Of a DNA stretch of 64,000 nucleotides, positions 1-9,890 are shown in pieces. Origin of the DNA: Malacoraja senta (Eukaryota); NCBI GenBank assembly GCA_038087875.1, contig JAXLNO010002386.1, positions 372,001 to 436,000 of the forward strand, given 5' to 3'. The notes beneath the pieces are model-generated. The model saw nothing but the letters and a program-made list of their open reading frames with translations. It was not told the origin of the DNA and ran no database searches. Each line of letters begins with the position of its first letter. Within the stretch, counting starts at the first letter, position 1. The position numbers and the translations under genes were made by a program.

Positions 1-32
1 TTAATCCTTTTGTACAGCATAGACATTTCAAA

Positions 33-1564
33 ATGGAAACTTTCCCTACTGCTAAACAGCTGATTTTCAAAGGGTTATATGGCAAGCATAGATCTTAAAG
101 ATGCATATTACTCAGTGTCTGTTCATTGCGATAATAGGAGATATTTGAAGTTTAGCTGGATGAGTCAATTATGGCAATTCAAAGCACTGCCTAATGGATT
201 AACCTCAGCTCCTAGATTGTTTACCAAATTGTTAAAACCAGTTCTGGGGCTACTTCGAGCTCGGGGTCATATCGTAATGGCCTATTTGGACGATATCCTA
301 ATTGTAGGAAAAACTCGGGACGCAGCTGAATCATCCGTTTCCGTTGTTATACTCACTTTTGAGAAATTGGGGTTCATCATTCATCCAGTTAAATCCAAAT
401 TAACACCAGTCAAAGTTATTCATTACTTGGGCTTCACTATTAACTCAGATCACATGTTGGTGATGGCCCAGGGATAAAAGGCTGCAGTTAATTGAAGGTG
501 GTATCAAGCTCATTGCTGAACAACGACCTTCAATCAGACAGGTGGTGAGCTTGATTGGTAAATTAGTGGCTGCTTTACCAGCTGTGCAGTTTGGACCTCT
601 GCATTATCAACAATTACAATGAGCAAAAGAACAGGCACTGAGGACACATTCAGGTCAATTTGATAGGTCCATGGAATTACCAGCTGAAGCCATTGCTGAA
701 ATACAATGGTGGATCATGAATGTCTCAAGTAGTTCCAGGAAAATTTTGGTTGAACCACCTTCCATAGTTTTACAGACTGATGTTAGTGCTCTAGGTTGGG
801 ATGCTACTGATACTTTTTCCAGCTGTGGAGGCAGATGGAATAGGGAAGAGGCATCCCTTCTGCAATTACGAGGGATCAATTATTTAGAGCTATTGGGAAC
901 GTTTTATGGGCTTAAAGCTTATTGCCCTACCAAGAGTCATTTGCATGTGCAGGTTCAAATTGACAACAGTACAGCAGTGGCGTATGTTAATCATATGGGT
1001 GGAGTCAGGTCGGAATCTTGTGATAGATTGGCTAATCAGATCTGGAGCTGGTGTATTCCCAAAGACATTTGGCTTTCAGCAATCTACTTACCAGGTAGAT
1101 TCAACATAGTGGCAGATACTAGGTTACACCAATTCAATGACAACACAGAATGGATGTTGAGTCATGACATAGTTAAAGATGTTGCTGCTCGGTTTGGGAT
1201 GCCAAATATCGATTTGTTTGCATCCAGACTAAACCACCAGTTGCCTAAATGTGTTTCATTGGAACCAGTTCCTGGGGCAACAGCAGTAGATGCATTCTCG
1301 CTGCATTGGGGTGGAACGTTTTTATATGCATTTCCTCCATTCTGCCTCATCAGTCGGTGTCTGCAAAAAATCAAGCAGGTCTCCGCCTCACGAGTATCGG
1401 TGGTACCCGACTGGCCTACTCAGCCATGGTTCCCTCTTGTTTTACAGATGACTACAGAGCCTCATATGATTGTTCCCAAACATAGAAACCTACTGGTGCA
1501 CCCGGTAACTGGCGATCAACATCCTTTACATGATCATATTGATCTATTAATTTGCAGATTCTAA
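33..1564 (+). pseudogene. DIRS copy 1 RT-RNase H-methyltransferase-like ORF, frameshifted
   Basis: ORF 79-477 has IDLKDAY, ALPNGL and YLDD. ORF 671-1564 has RNase H (LQTDVSALGW, NYLEL, QIDNSTA) and a DLFASRLN...DAFSLHW...YAFPPF MT-like block. The frame breaks at about 475-670. Confidence 0.9.
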
Positions 1565-4160
1565 GAAGGCCATACCTGGGGAGAGGACTATCCGATCGCA
1601 CCGTGGATGTTATCACTGCGGCCTGGAGGGATAGTACCCAAAAGCAGTACATCTCTTTGATAAAAAAAGTGGGAGGTGTTCTGCTTACGGCAGAATATTT
1701 CATATCAAACTGCAGGCATCCCAGACGTGCTGGAATTCTTGTCAATGCTCTATTTCGATCACAAGTTAAGCTATATGTACCAAAATATATTTTTTCTAAA
1801 CTGAACGCTAATATTACTAATTTTGTTTGGGATTATAAATCACATAGAATTAAAAAAGAACACTTATGTAAACCAAAAGATGTCGGGGACTTTCACTCCC
1901 AAATCTTTTGTATTACTATTGGGCAATACATATTAAGAATATAATTTACTGGTTGGATAGTTAACTCAACAGACAGAATGGATAAAAATGGAGAAAGAGG
2001 ATTGTTATCCTTGTAATATAGGAACAATCCTCTTCTCCCCGAAAAAAATGAACAATACAATATACAAGAAAAACCCAATTATACAAGATACAATAAGAAT
2101 ATGGAAACAAATAAAATTATCCTTAAAATTAAGAAACCTATCATTGTTAATACCGATAGCGAATAATCCTTTATTTAAACCATCTATGATGGATAAAATA
2201 TATAATCAATGGGAAAGTTTAGGAATTAAAAGGGTCGGGGACATGTATGAAATGGGAGATTTATTATCATTTCAACAATTACAATTAAAATTTAAACTGA
2301 AAAACACTCATTATTTTAAATATTTTCAGATTTGTAATTTTTTGAAGACATACATACAGGGATATCAAAAAATAACTCCTGATTTACTAGAAGAAGTAAT
2401 GAATATAAAAGCTGATACACAAAAAATAATATCATATTTATATAATAGTATCTTAAATATAGATTTACCTGTGACCGAGGTAATTAGAGAAGAGTGGGAA
2501 CGGGAATTATTGATAAAAATTACGAAGGCTACATGGGAAAAGTATTTGACATACATTCACAAGTGTTCGATTAACGCAAGACATAATCTAATCCAATTTA
2601 AAATTTTACATAGATTATATTACTCAAAAACAAGATTAAATAAATTTTATCCAAATATATCGCCCATTTGCGATAAATGTTTAACTCAAGACGCAACTAT
2701 AACACACTCTTTTGTTTCTTGTATAAAACCTCATGGATTTTGGAGTGATATTTTCGAAATATTTACAAAACTATTTAAGACAAAAATGGAACCCAATAAT
2801 GAATTGATTATATTTGGGGTAATGGAAGACGGGAACAAATTGAGCTCATCTCAAAAGTCAATTTTTAATTATGGTTTAATAATAGCAAAATAATTAATAT
2901 TGAAATTTTGGAAAAATACACCAATACCAACGCTCAAAATGTGGATTGCAAGTATGTTGGATACCGCACATCTTGAGGAAATGCGATTCCTCCTAATAGA
3001 TAAATTTGACCAATTCATAACGAGTTGGTCTCCATTTGTCGTCTTTTTGGAAACATATGGTGCAAAACAGGTGTAAAAGCTAATCCGTGACTGCGGATGG
3101 TCAAGATTATAAATGATCTCCTATTTTCTTTTCTTCTCTTCTTTTATTCTCTTTCTTCTATTTTCTATGTCTCAACTTTCTTTTTTCATTCTTTATTTTT
3201 CTTTTTCACACACTATATATCTCACATTTTTCTATTTTTCATTATCTAACTTTTTTCTTTTTCTTCTTTATTACAAAAAAAATTTTAAATAAGAAGCTGT
3301 ACATAAAAGGTATTATGAAAATATGATTGTATACAATTGTACTTACTTCTAATAAAATTAAAATATTAAAAAAAAAAAAAAAAGTTAAGCTATAGTGCGA
3401 TCAATAGAGCCAGAAGTGCTCTGTCTTCATACTTATCCATGGGATCAGAACTATATTCTGTGGGGACACACCCTCTAGTTTCTAGATTTATGAAAGGAAT
3501 TTTTAATTCCAATCCTCCCAGGACCAGGTATTCGGTAATCTGGAATGTAAGCAAAGTTCTTATGCTCCTTCGTCAGTGGACTCCTGTCACAGCCCTGTCT
3601 TTGGCCAATGTCACCATGAAGGTAGTCATGGTTATGGTGTTGGTTTCAGCCCAATGTGTGCAGACATTACAGAAGCTGCGACTAGACAGGATGGAAGTGT
3701 CAGCAGATACCGTCATTTTTTACATCTATAATTTGCTCAAGCAGAGTAGACTAGGGGCAACAGGGTGTAAGATTACTTTTTCGGCATACCCTACAGATTC
3801 CCGCCTGTGTGTGGTGTCATGTTTGTTATATTACATCGAGGCTACCAGAACCCTAAGAGGTGCGGAATCAGCATTGTTTATTAGCCACAAAAAAACACAT
3901 AGAAAGGTGTCAGCTCAGACTATTTCAAGGTGGCTAAAGCAGGTTCTGCTTTATGCTGGGATTGACACCGACAATTTTAAATCTCATTCCATCAGGGCGG
4001 CATCAACTTCAGCGGCCAGGGTAATGGACGTCCCTATAGACCATATTCTCACGGCCGCAGGATGGTCCAGTGAATTGATGTTCCAAAAGTTTTATCATAA
4101 ACCAATTGCCAAACTGGGGGTATTTGCCCATTCTGTTTTGAGTTCAGTTTTATGGTTTCC
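1565..4160 (+). pseudogene. DIRS copy 1 tyrosine recombinase, split by the L1 insertion
   Basis: Removing 1776-3394 rejoins ...LYFDHKLSYSAINRARSALSSY... in frame. The C-terminal part has SHSIRAAS, AAGWSS and FQKFY. The first catalytic Arg is changed to Cys (AQCVQT at 3655-3657, versus AQRVQT in copy 2). Confidence 0.9.
1776..3381 (+). mobile_element. 5'-truncated L1-clade LINE, copy A (ORF2 C-terminus, 3' UTR, poly-A)
   Basis: Contains the ORF2 C-terminal CDKC...HSFVSC zinc knuckle, AATAAA and poly-A at 3368-3381. A 13-bp TSD aagttaagctata lies at 1763-1775 and 3382-3394. There is a premature TAA at 2891-2893 where copy B has AAA. Confidence 0.95.
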
Positions 4161-5235
4161 CCCCGGGATAGAAGGGGTTGCTATTGTTTCTTTACAAAAT
4201 AAACCGTTAATGCGTTTAAAGCAATGTTATGGTTTGATGCATTATTGATTATTTACTCATTCTGAGTCAATCGATGCAGTGAGACGCCTGGATTTGAATC
4301 TGCGGCATGAAATCACAGAGCTTTGAAATCTTCACATAATCACTCACGTGACTCCGAAGTAAAATAGTAAGATTAAAAGAGAACTTACCAGTTTGAAGTT
4401 TGATCTTTATTTTATGAGGAGTTACGATGAGGGATTACGTGCCCTCCACTCCCAACCCTCATAAAGGTCATCTGGTAGTTCTAGTCTTCTCTAATCTTAC
4501 TATTATACTTCAATTACTATTACCTGTGATTTCACACCGCTGCTTTGAAGATTGACGCACATGCGGCTGGACGGGGTCTTCTTCACGTAATCCCTCGTCG
4601 TAACTCCTCATAAAATAAAGATCAAACTTTAAACTGGTAAGTTCTCATTTAATCTTACTATTACTCCTTAGGATGGTGACATCCAATTTCCAACAGTTCT
4701 CTATTTGAAGAACTTCTTCCTCCCATTCCCTCTTGGAATATTTGGTGTTATTATTCAGCAGAGATTCATGAACAAGTAGAAGCAATCATGTCTACAGTAT
4801 CAATCCCAATGGTGAGTTATACTCCTCCATTGGGCCCTGCATTCCCCTTTCATCTGCGCTGTCAGTTAAAGTCTGGAGCTAAGATAAGGAGCATGTCAGT
4901 GATATTAAAACTAAATGTTTTGTTGTTTTGCCAGAAATGCAAAATGAAAAGAGAAAAGGCTGTAAACTTTGTGCAAGATAGAACTGCAGATGATGGTTTA
5001 CACTGAAGATAGAAGATGTTGGAGTAACTCAGTGGGTCAGGTAGCATCTCTGGGCATTCCTTCTCTCCAGAAATGCTGCCTGACCTGCTGAGTTATTCCA
5101 ACATTTTGGGTCTAGGCTGAAAACTTAGTTCAGCCAGAGAAAAAACTGATTGGGAAAGAGGCGAGTTGCAGTGATCTTACAATTGAAGGCTTTTGTTCAC
5201 GTCTTCACTGATTCTGACGCTTCTTACACTTGCAG

Positions 5236-5508
5236 AAACCCCTGAGGTGTTTATTGGGATTAAACGTGATGGGTCACAATCACTGAGACTCTCCTGCCTT
5301 GTCACAGGCTTCTAGCCACGGGCCATCGATGTAACGTGGCTGAGAGATGGTGAGGGGGTCCACGAGTCTGAATCCAGTGATCTGTTGCCCAATTGGGATG
5401 GGACTTACCAGCTGAAGAATACAATTCAACTGAGTAGAGAAGATGTGGCAAAATTCTCCTATTACATCGAACATGCAACTCTGCTGCAGGGAGTCAATGT
5501 TCCACAGG
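5236..5508 (+). pseudogene. MHC class I-type alpha3 (Ig C1-set) exon with an in-frame stop
   Basis: 273-bp phase 1-1 exon bounded by ttgcag and g|gtaagt. It translates TPEVFIGIKRDGSQSLRLSCLVTGF*PRAIDVTWLRDGEGVHESESSDLLPNWDGTYQLKNTIQLSREDVAKFSYYIEHATLLQGVNVPQ. TAG at 5313-5315 replaces the Y of GFYP, and TAT at 5460-5462 stands at the second Ig cysteine position. Confidence 0.88.
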
Positions 5509-5602
5509 GTAAGTGGCAAGTCACTGAGTCTGATCACTTGAGACAATAAACCTCCTGGACTGAGATAACAGCCTCAACTCACACTCTTAACTAAACTGTG
5601 GC

Positions 5603-6262
5603 TTTAGATTTTAGACTTTAGAGATATGGTGCAGATACAGGCCCCACAGCTCACTGAGTCCTTGCCGAACAGTGATCATCCTGTACATTTACACTAACCA
5701 ACACACTGGGGACAATTTACAATTTTACCTAAGCCAAGTAACCTTCAAGCCTGTATGCCTTTGGAGTGTGGGAGGAAACCGGAGCACCCGGAGAAAACCC
5801 ACGCAGTCACAGGGAGAACATACAATGTCCTTGCAGACAGCACCTGTAGTCTGGATCAAACCCAGGTCTCTGGTGCAGTAAGGCAGCAGCTCTACCGCTA
5901 CGCCACTGTGCCACCCATTATTAATTTGTGGTTATCTAATTGCCCAGAATTATTGATAGTCAATGGAATGTGGTTTTAGTTTAAGAGATACAGCGCAGAA
6001 ACCGGCCCTTTGGCCCACGAGTCTGCGTCAACCAGCGATCCCTGCACACTTACATTATCTTACTTATTAGGGGACAATTTACAATTATACCAAGCCAATT
6101 AACCTACAAACCTGTATGTCTTTGGACTGAGGGAGGAAACCGGAGATCCAGGCAAAACCCACGCAGGTCCCGGGGAGAAGGTACAAAACTCTGTACAGAC
6201 GGGACCCGTAGTCAGAATTGAACCGGGTCTCTGGCGCTGTAAGGCAGCAGTTCCACCGAGTG
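5603..6262 (-). mobile_element. Two adjacent tRNA-derived V-domain SINEs (HE1-like)
   Basis: Each has a tRNA-like head, the V-SINE core (ggtgctccggtttcctcccacactccaaag on the minus strand) and a short-repeat tail. Copies are at about 5603-5916 and 5974-6262. Confidence 0.85.
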
Positions 6263-6274
6263 GGCAAAGCAGAG

Positions 6275-7055
6275 CCAAATGGAATACAGTGTAGCAAGTG
6301 TCTGGTTTTACATTTTGGCAGTCGGAATAAAGACAGACTATTTACTAAATGGGGAGAGAATTCAGAGATCTGAGCTGCAAAGTGGGAGTACTAGTGCAGG
6401 ATTCCCAAATAGTTAATTTGCAGATTGAGTCGGTGGTAAGTAAGGCAAATGCAATGCCAGCATTCATTTCCGGGGGCCTAGGATATAAAAACAATGATAT
6501 AATGCTGAGGATTTATCGGGCACTGGTGAGGATACATTTGGAATATTGTGAGCAGTTTTGGGCTCGATATTAGAAGGGATGTGCTGGCTTTGGAGAGGGT
6601 CCAGAGGAAGTATGTCTTGGGGATGATTGATTTAACGTATGAGGAATGTTTGAAGTCTCTGGGCTTCTACTCGTGGGAATTTAGAAGGATGAGGGGGTAA
6701 ATCTCTGAAACCTACCAGTTAATGAAAGTCCCAGTTAGTGGATGTGGATAGGATGTTTTCAGTAATGGGAGAGTCTAGCACAGCCTCACAATAAAAATAC
6801 GTACTTTTAAAATGGAGATGAGGAGGAATTTCCTTTGTCACAGGGTGGCGAATCTGTAGAATTCATTAATACAGACAGCTGTGTGGGTCAAGTCATTGCA
6901 TATTTTAAAGCAGAGAATGATAGGTTCTTGAGTAGTATGGGTGCCAAAAGTTACAGGGAGAAGGCTGGAGAATGGGATTCAGAGGTAAAAATAGATCTGC
7001 CATGACTGAATGGTGGCGTAGACTCAATGGACTGAAAGGCCTACTTCTGCTCCAA
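6275..7055 (+). mobile_element. CR1 LINE 3' fragment
   Basis: Degenerate CR1 ORF2 C-terminal motifs (LVRIHLEYCEQFW, YEE.LK.LG.YS) and a CR1 3' UTR. Confidence 0.85.
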
Positions 7056-7364
7056 TGGTAAAAATTATTCTTATGTCACCCTTAACTCACACATCCAAAT
7101 GTAGGAAGCAAGATAGGCTGATCCTGGCCAAGGTCTCTTATCTTATTTCTTGGGCATCTAGCTAATTTTCTGATAGTAGTTAGTTGCACAAAAGGCCAAT
7201 AGTGGTGCCACATCCAACCCCATTATCAGGCTGAAGTAGCAGCACCTGTTCTGTAGCTGACTTATTTGTTCCAGACAAGACCTCTGCAAATATCTTCACA
7301 CCAGGGCCAAGATGACATGGTTAAAATTGCTGGTCAGTACAAATAGACAGTAGTGTTAATGTCT

Positions 7365-7500
7365 GAGTGTGCCTGTGTGTGCCTGTGTGCCTGTGCCTGT
7401 GCGTGTGCGTGTGCGTGTGTGTGTGTGTGCTCATGTGTGTGAGACAGAGAGAGGGGGAGGGGGGGAGGGAGGGAGAGAAAGAGAGTGTGTGTGTGAGAAT
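7365..7500. repeat. Compound GT/GC/GA microsatellite
   Basis: (gtgt)n, (gcgt)n and (ga)n/(ggga)n runs. Confidence 0.9.
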
Positions 7501-7644
7501 ATCAAACTCTCAGATATTGAAATATCAGCAAAGTTTAAAACCTTTGAAGTTTTATCAACTATAAATGGGTTCACTTTTATTTGCTAAAATAACAATGGTC
7601 AACATAAGAAAATAGCGGTGTTGACTTCTACACTGCAAATAGAC

Positions 7645-8505
7645 CACCAGGGGGCGCTGACCTGTGTGCGGCTGCCCAGCCAGCAGCTGTCTGTCCTTTC
7701 ACCTTTATTTTTTATTTTAGTCAGTAAAGTGTTTTGTTTTGGAGGTCTAGACTTTTGTGTGTGGGGGGGGGAGGGGGAAACAACCTTTCACGGTCCCTAC
7801 CTGGCCGGAGAGGCAGCTTTACTCCGGGCTGCAGCTTCGACCCGTCCTCGCGGCCTACCAGCGGTCCTGGAGCAGCGTTTCCTGTCGGGGACCGCCCAGA
7901 GCCTCGGCTTCGGCGGTGGCACAGCACTGGAGCGCTATCGCGGAGCGGGCGATGCCTTGCCCGGGTCGCCGCGCTGGAGCTCCGGTGAGGTGAGGATCGC
8001 TGGAGAAAAGATCGCGGAGCTGCGGGACTGTGGAGCGACCAGCTGCGGGCTACGGCGCTGAACTTTACACCGGGAGCCTGGGATCTCTAGATGAGATCGC
8101 CAGTTGTGGAGCTCCAACCGGTGCGGCCTTGTTGGCTTTGGAAGCCGCGGCCTCCAGTGCGGAAGCGGCCGTTCCAGGGTTCCGAGGCCGCTGGGAGGAC
8201 TCTCCCGACGCCGGAGCAACATCACCCGGCGAGAACGGCCTGGAACATCGGGCCTCCGTAGAGGCAACTGTGGAGGCCTCAATGGGCCCGACTATGGGTG
8301 AACTGGGGTTGGGGACTGGACTTTGTGCCTTCCCTCATGGTGGGACCCATTGTGGGGGGATGTTCAGTGTTAAGACTATCTTGGTTTTGTGTCTGTATTC
8401 TCTCTCTTTTTTGTGTGCTGCATCATGGCAAAAAGCATTTCACTTCACTACACCCGGGTGTATGTGAATGTGACTAATAAAATATCTTGAATCTTGAATC
8501 TTTAT
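7645..8505 (+). mobile_element. CpG-rich non-autonomous retroposon with a LINE-type 3' tail
   Basis: GC/CpG-rich body ending ...atgtgactaataaaatatcttgaatcttgaatctt, a tail of the same type as the Rex-Babar-like 3' ends in this window. Its ORFs show no recognisable domain. Confidence 0.5.
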
Positions 8506-8752
8506 TTCTGATATATGCTTGATTCTTTAAATTCATAATTAAATGCTGCAGATAAAATCTCAACGCTAATATGAACTTCAAAGATTTTTCATTGATCTAT
8601 TTAAACATCCATCGTCTGGACAATTACATAAATCTAAGACTTTGTTACTTTTTATTTAGATGTGAACAATGCTAGTTTAATGTAGATAATAAAATCATTT
8701 CAAAGTCGTTATTGATCAATAAATGTTTAAAATGCACTATATATGCCAACAG

Positions 8753-8979
8753 AGATGGCAGCGAAAGAAGATATAAAGATTAGGATCGTGACTGGAGCTG
8801 TAATCGTTCCTCTCATTCTCCTGGGGATCATCCTTGGAATTGGTTGCTGGAAGAAGAGGAAAAAGATAAAACCTTTCAATGAACAGGGACCAGCTGACAA
8901 CAGCAGAGACCAGGAGACGACTGCAGTGACCATGAAGCACAATCAACTTCCATTGGGATGCAGAGGTCTACCGGAATGA
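8753..8979 (+). CDS. Candidate connecting-peptide/transmembrane/cytoplasmic exon of the class I-like gene
   Basis: Acceptor ccaacag ends at 8752. Phase-1 joining to the alpha3 exon gives ...VPQ-E-MAAKEDIKIR-IVTGAVIVPLILLGIILGIGCW-KKRKK..., a 22-residue hydrophobic stretch followed by a basic stop-transfer cluster. The 3' boundary is uncertain. Confidence 0.7.
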
Positions 8980-9440
8980 TGCGTGGATTAGTGGGGTATT
9001 AGCCACAGGGAGAAGTTGGACAGACTGGACAGTTGGATTGTTTTCTCTGGCATGTCGGGGATTGAGGGGAGACCTGACAGTAATATATCAAACTGGGAGG
9101 AGTAGAGATAGGGTAGACCATCAGACTTTTTACCCAGGAAGGAAATATCAAATAAGAGCAGGTATAGCTTTACAATGAGTGGCAAAGTTTAAAAAAGATG
9201 TGCAGGACAAGTGTTTTACGCCAAGGGTGGCAAGTGACTGGAATGTGCTGCCGGGGGTGGTGGTGGAAGCAGATATGATAGTGGCATTTAAGAGACTTTT
9301 AGATAGGCACATGTATATGCAGGGAATGGATGGATATGGATTATGTGCAAGCAGATAACAATTGGTCTTGGCATCATGTTCGGCACAAACATTGTGGGTC
9401 AAAGGGACTGTTATTGGGCTGTACTGTTCTATGTTCTATG
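8950..9440 (+). mobile_element. CR1 LINE 3' fragment, degenerate
   Basis: Similar to the other CR1 3' ends here (ttggacagactgg...ttgttttctctgg...gagggggagacctga; tail ctgtactgttctatgttctatg). Confidence 0.75.
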
Positions 9441-9704
9441 CTCTTTATTGTATCAATGCTGACTGATGGCTTTACATTCAGCCATTAATTTTTCAAGTGC
9501 TGTCTTCACTGCAGTTACCCTGTGATTCCAAAGTCATACATTGCGCCACATTTTGGAATTAAAGGTCGCCCATTTGATTGATTGATACTTTATTACCATA
9601 TGTGTCATGTCACAGTGAAATTCTTTGTTTTGCATGACATACAAAGAGTCACCATATATAGGGTGTCGACGCAGTTACAAAGTAATCATTACAGTTCCCA
9701 ATGG

Positions 9705-9890
9705 TCCCTCTTTGTTCTCGGCAGCCCCTCCATGTTGGGTTCACCTGTGTTATCAACGGCCCCCCAACCCCGGGACCATCTTTGTTCTCGGCAGCCACTC
9801 CATGTTGGGTTCACCTGTATTATCAGCCCCCCCCCCCCCCCCCCCACCCCGAGACCCTCTTTGTTCTCGGCAGTCCTCCCTTGCCAGGTT
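9705..9890. repeat. Imperfect tandem repeat, about 2.5 units of about 70 bp
   Basis: ctttgttctcggcag occurs three times; the first two copies are followed by ctccatgttgggttcacctgt. Confidence 0.85.

Larger units (their letters stand above)
1..4660 (+). mobile_element. DIRS1-type tyrosine-recombinase retrotransposon, copy 1 (5' part outside window, degenerate, interrupted by an L1 insertion)
   Basis: RT (YLDD), RNase H, methyltransferase-like and YR coding remnants occur in DIRS order. The ICR at 4329-4441 includes a 77-bp segment (4365-4441) complementary to the right terminus 4584-4660 (...aatcttacta). Confidence 0.95.

Noticed and set aside
4697-4811. Possible small exon (caacag ... aatg|gtgagt) upstream of the alpha3 exon
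   Set aside because: The only open frame ends in phase 0, which is incompatible with the phase-1 alpha3 exon, and it shows no alpha2-like motifs.
7618-8467. Several overlapping 65-147 aa ORFs on both strands
   Set aside because: They arise from a GC-rich repeat with few stop codons, show no recognisable domain, and the segment ends in a retroposon tail.
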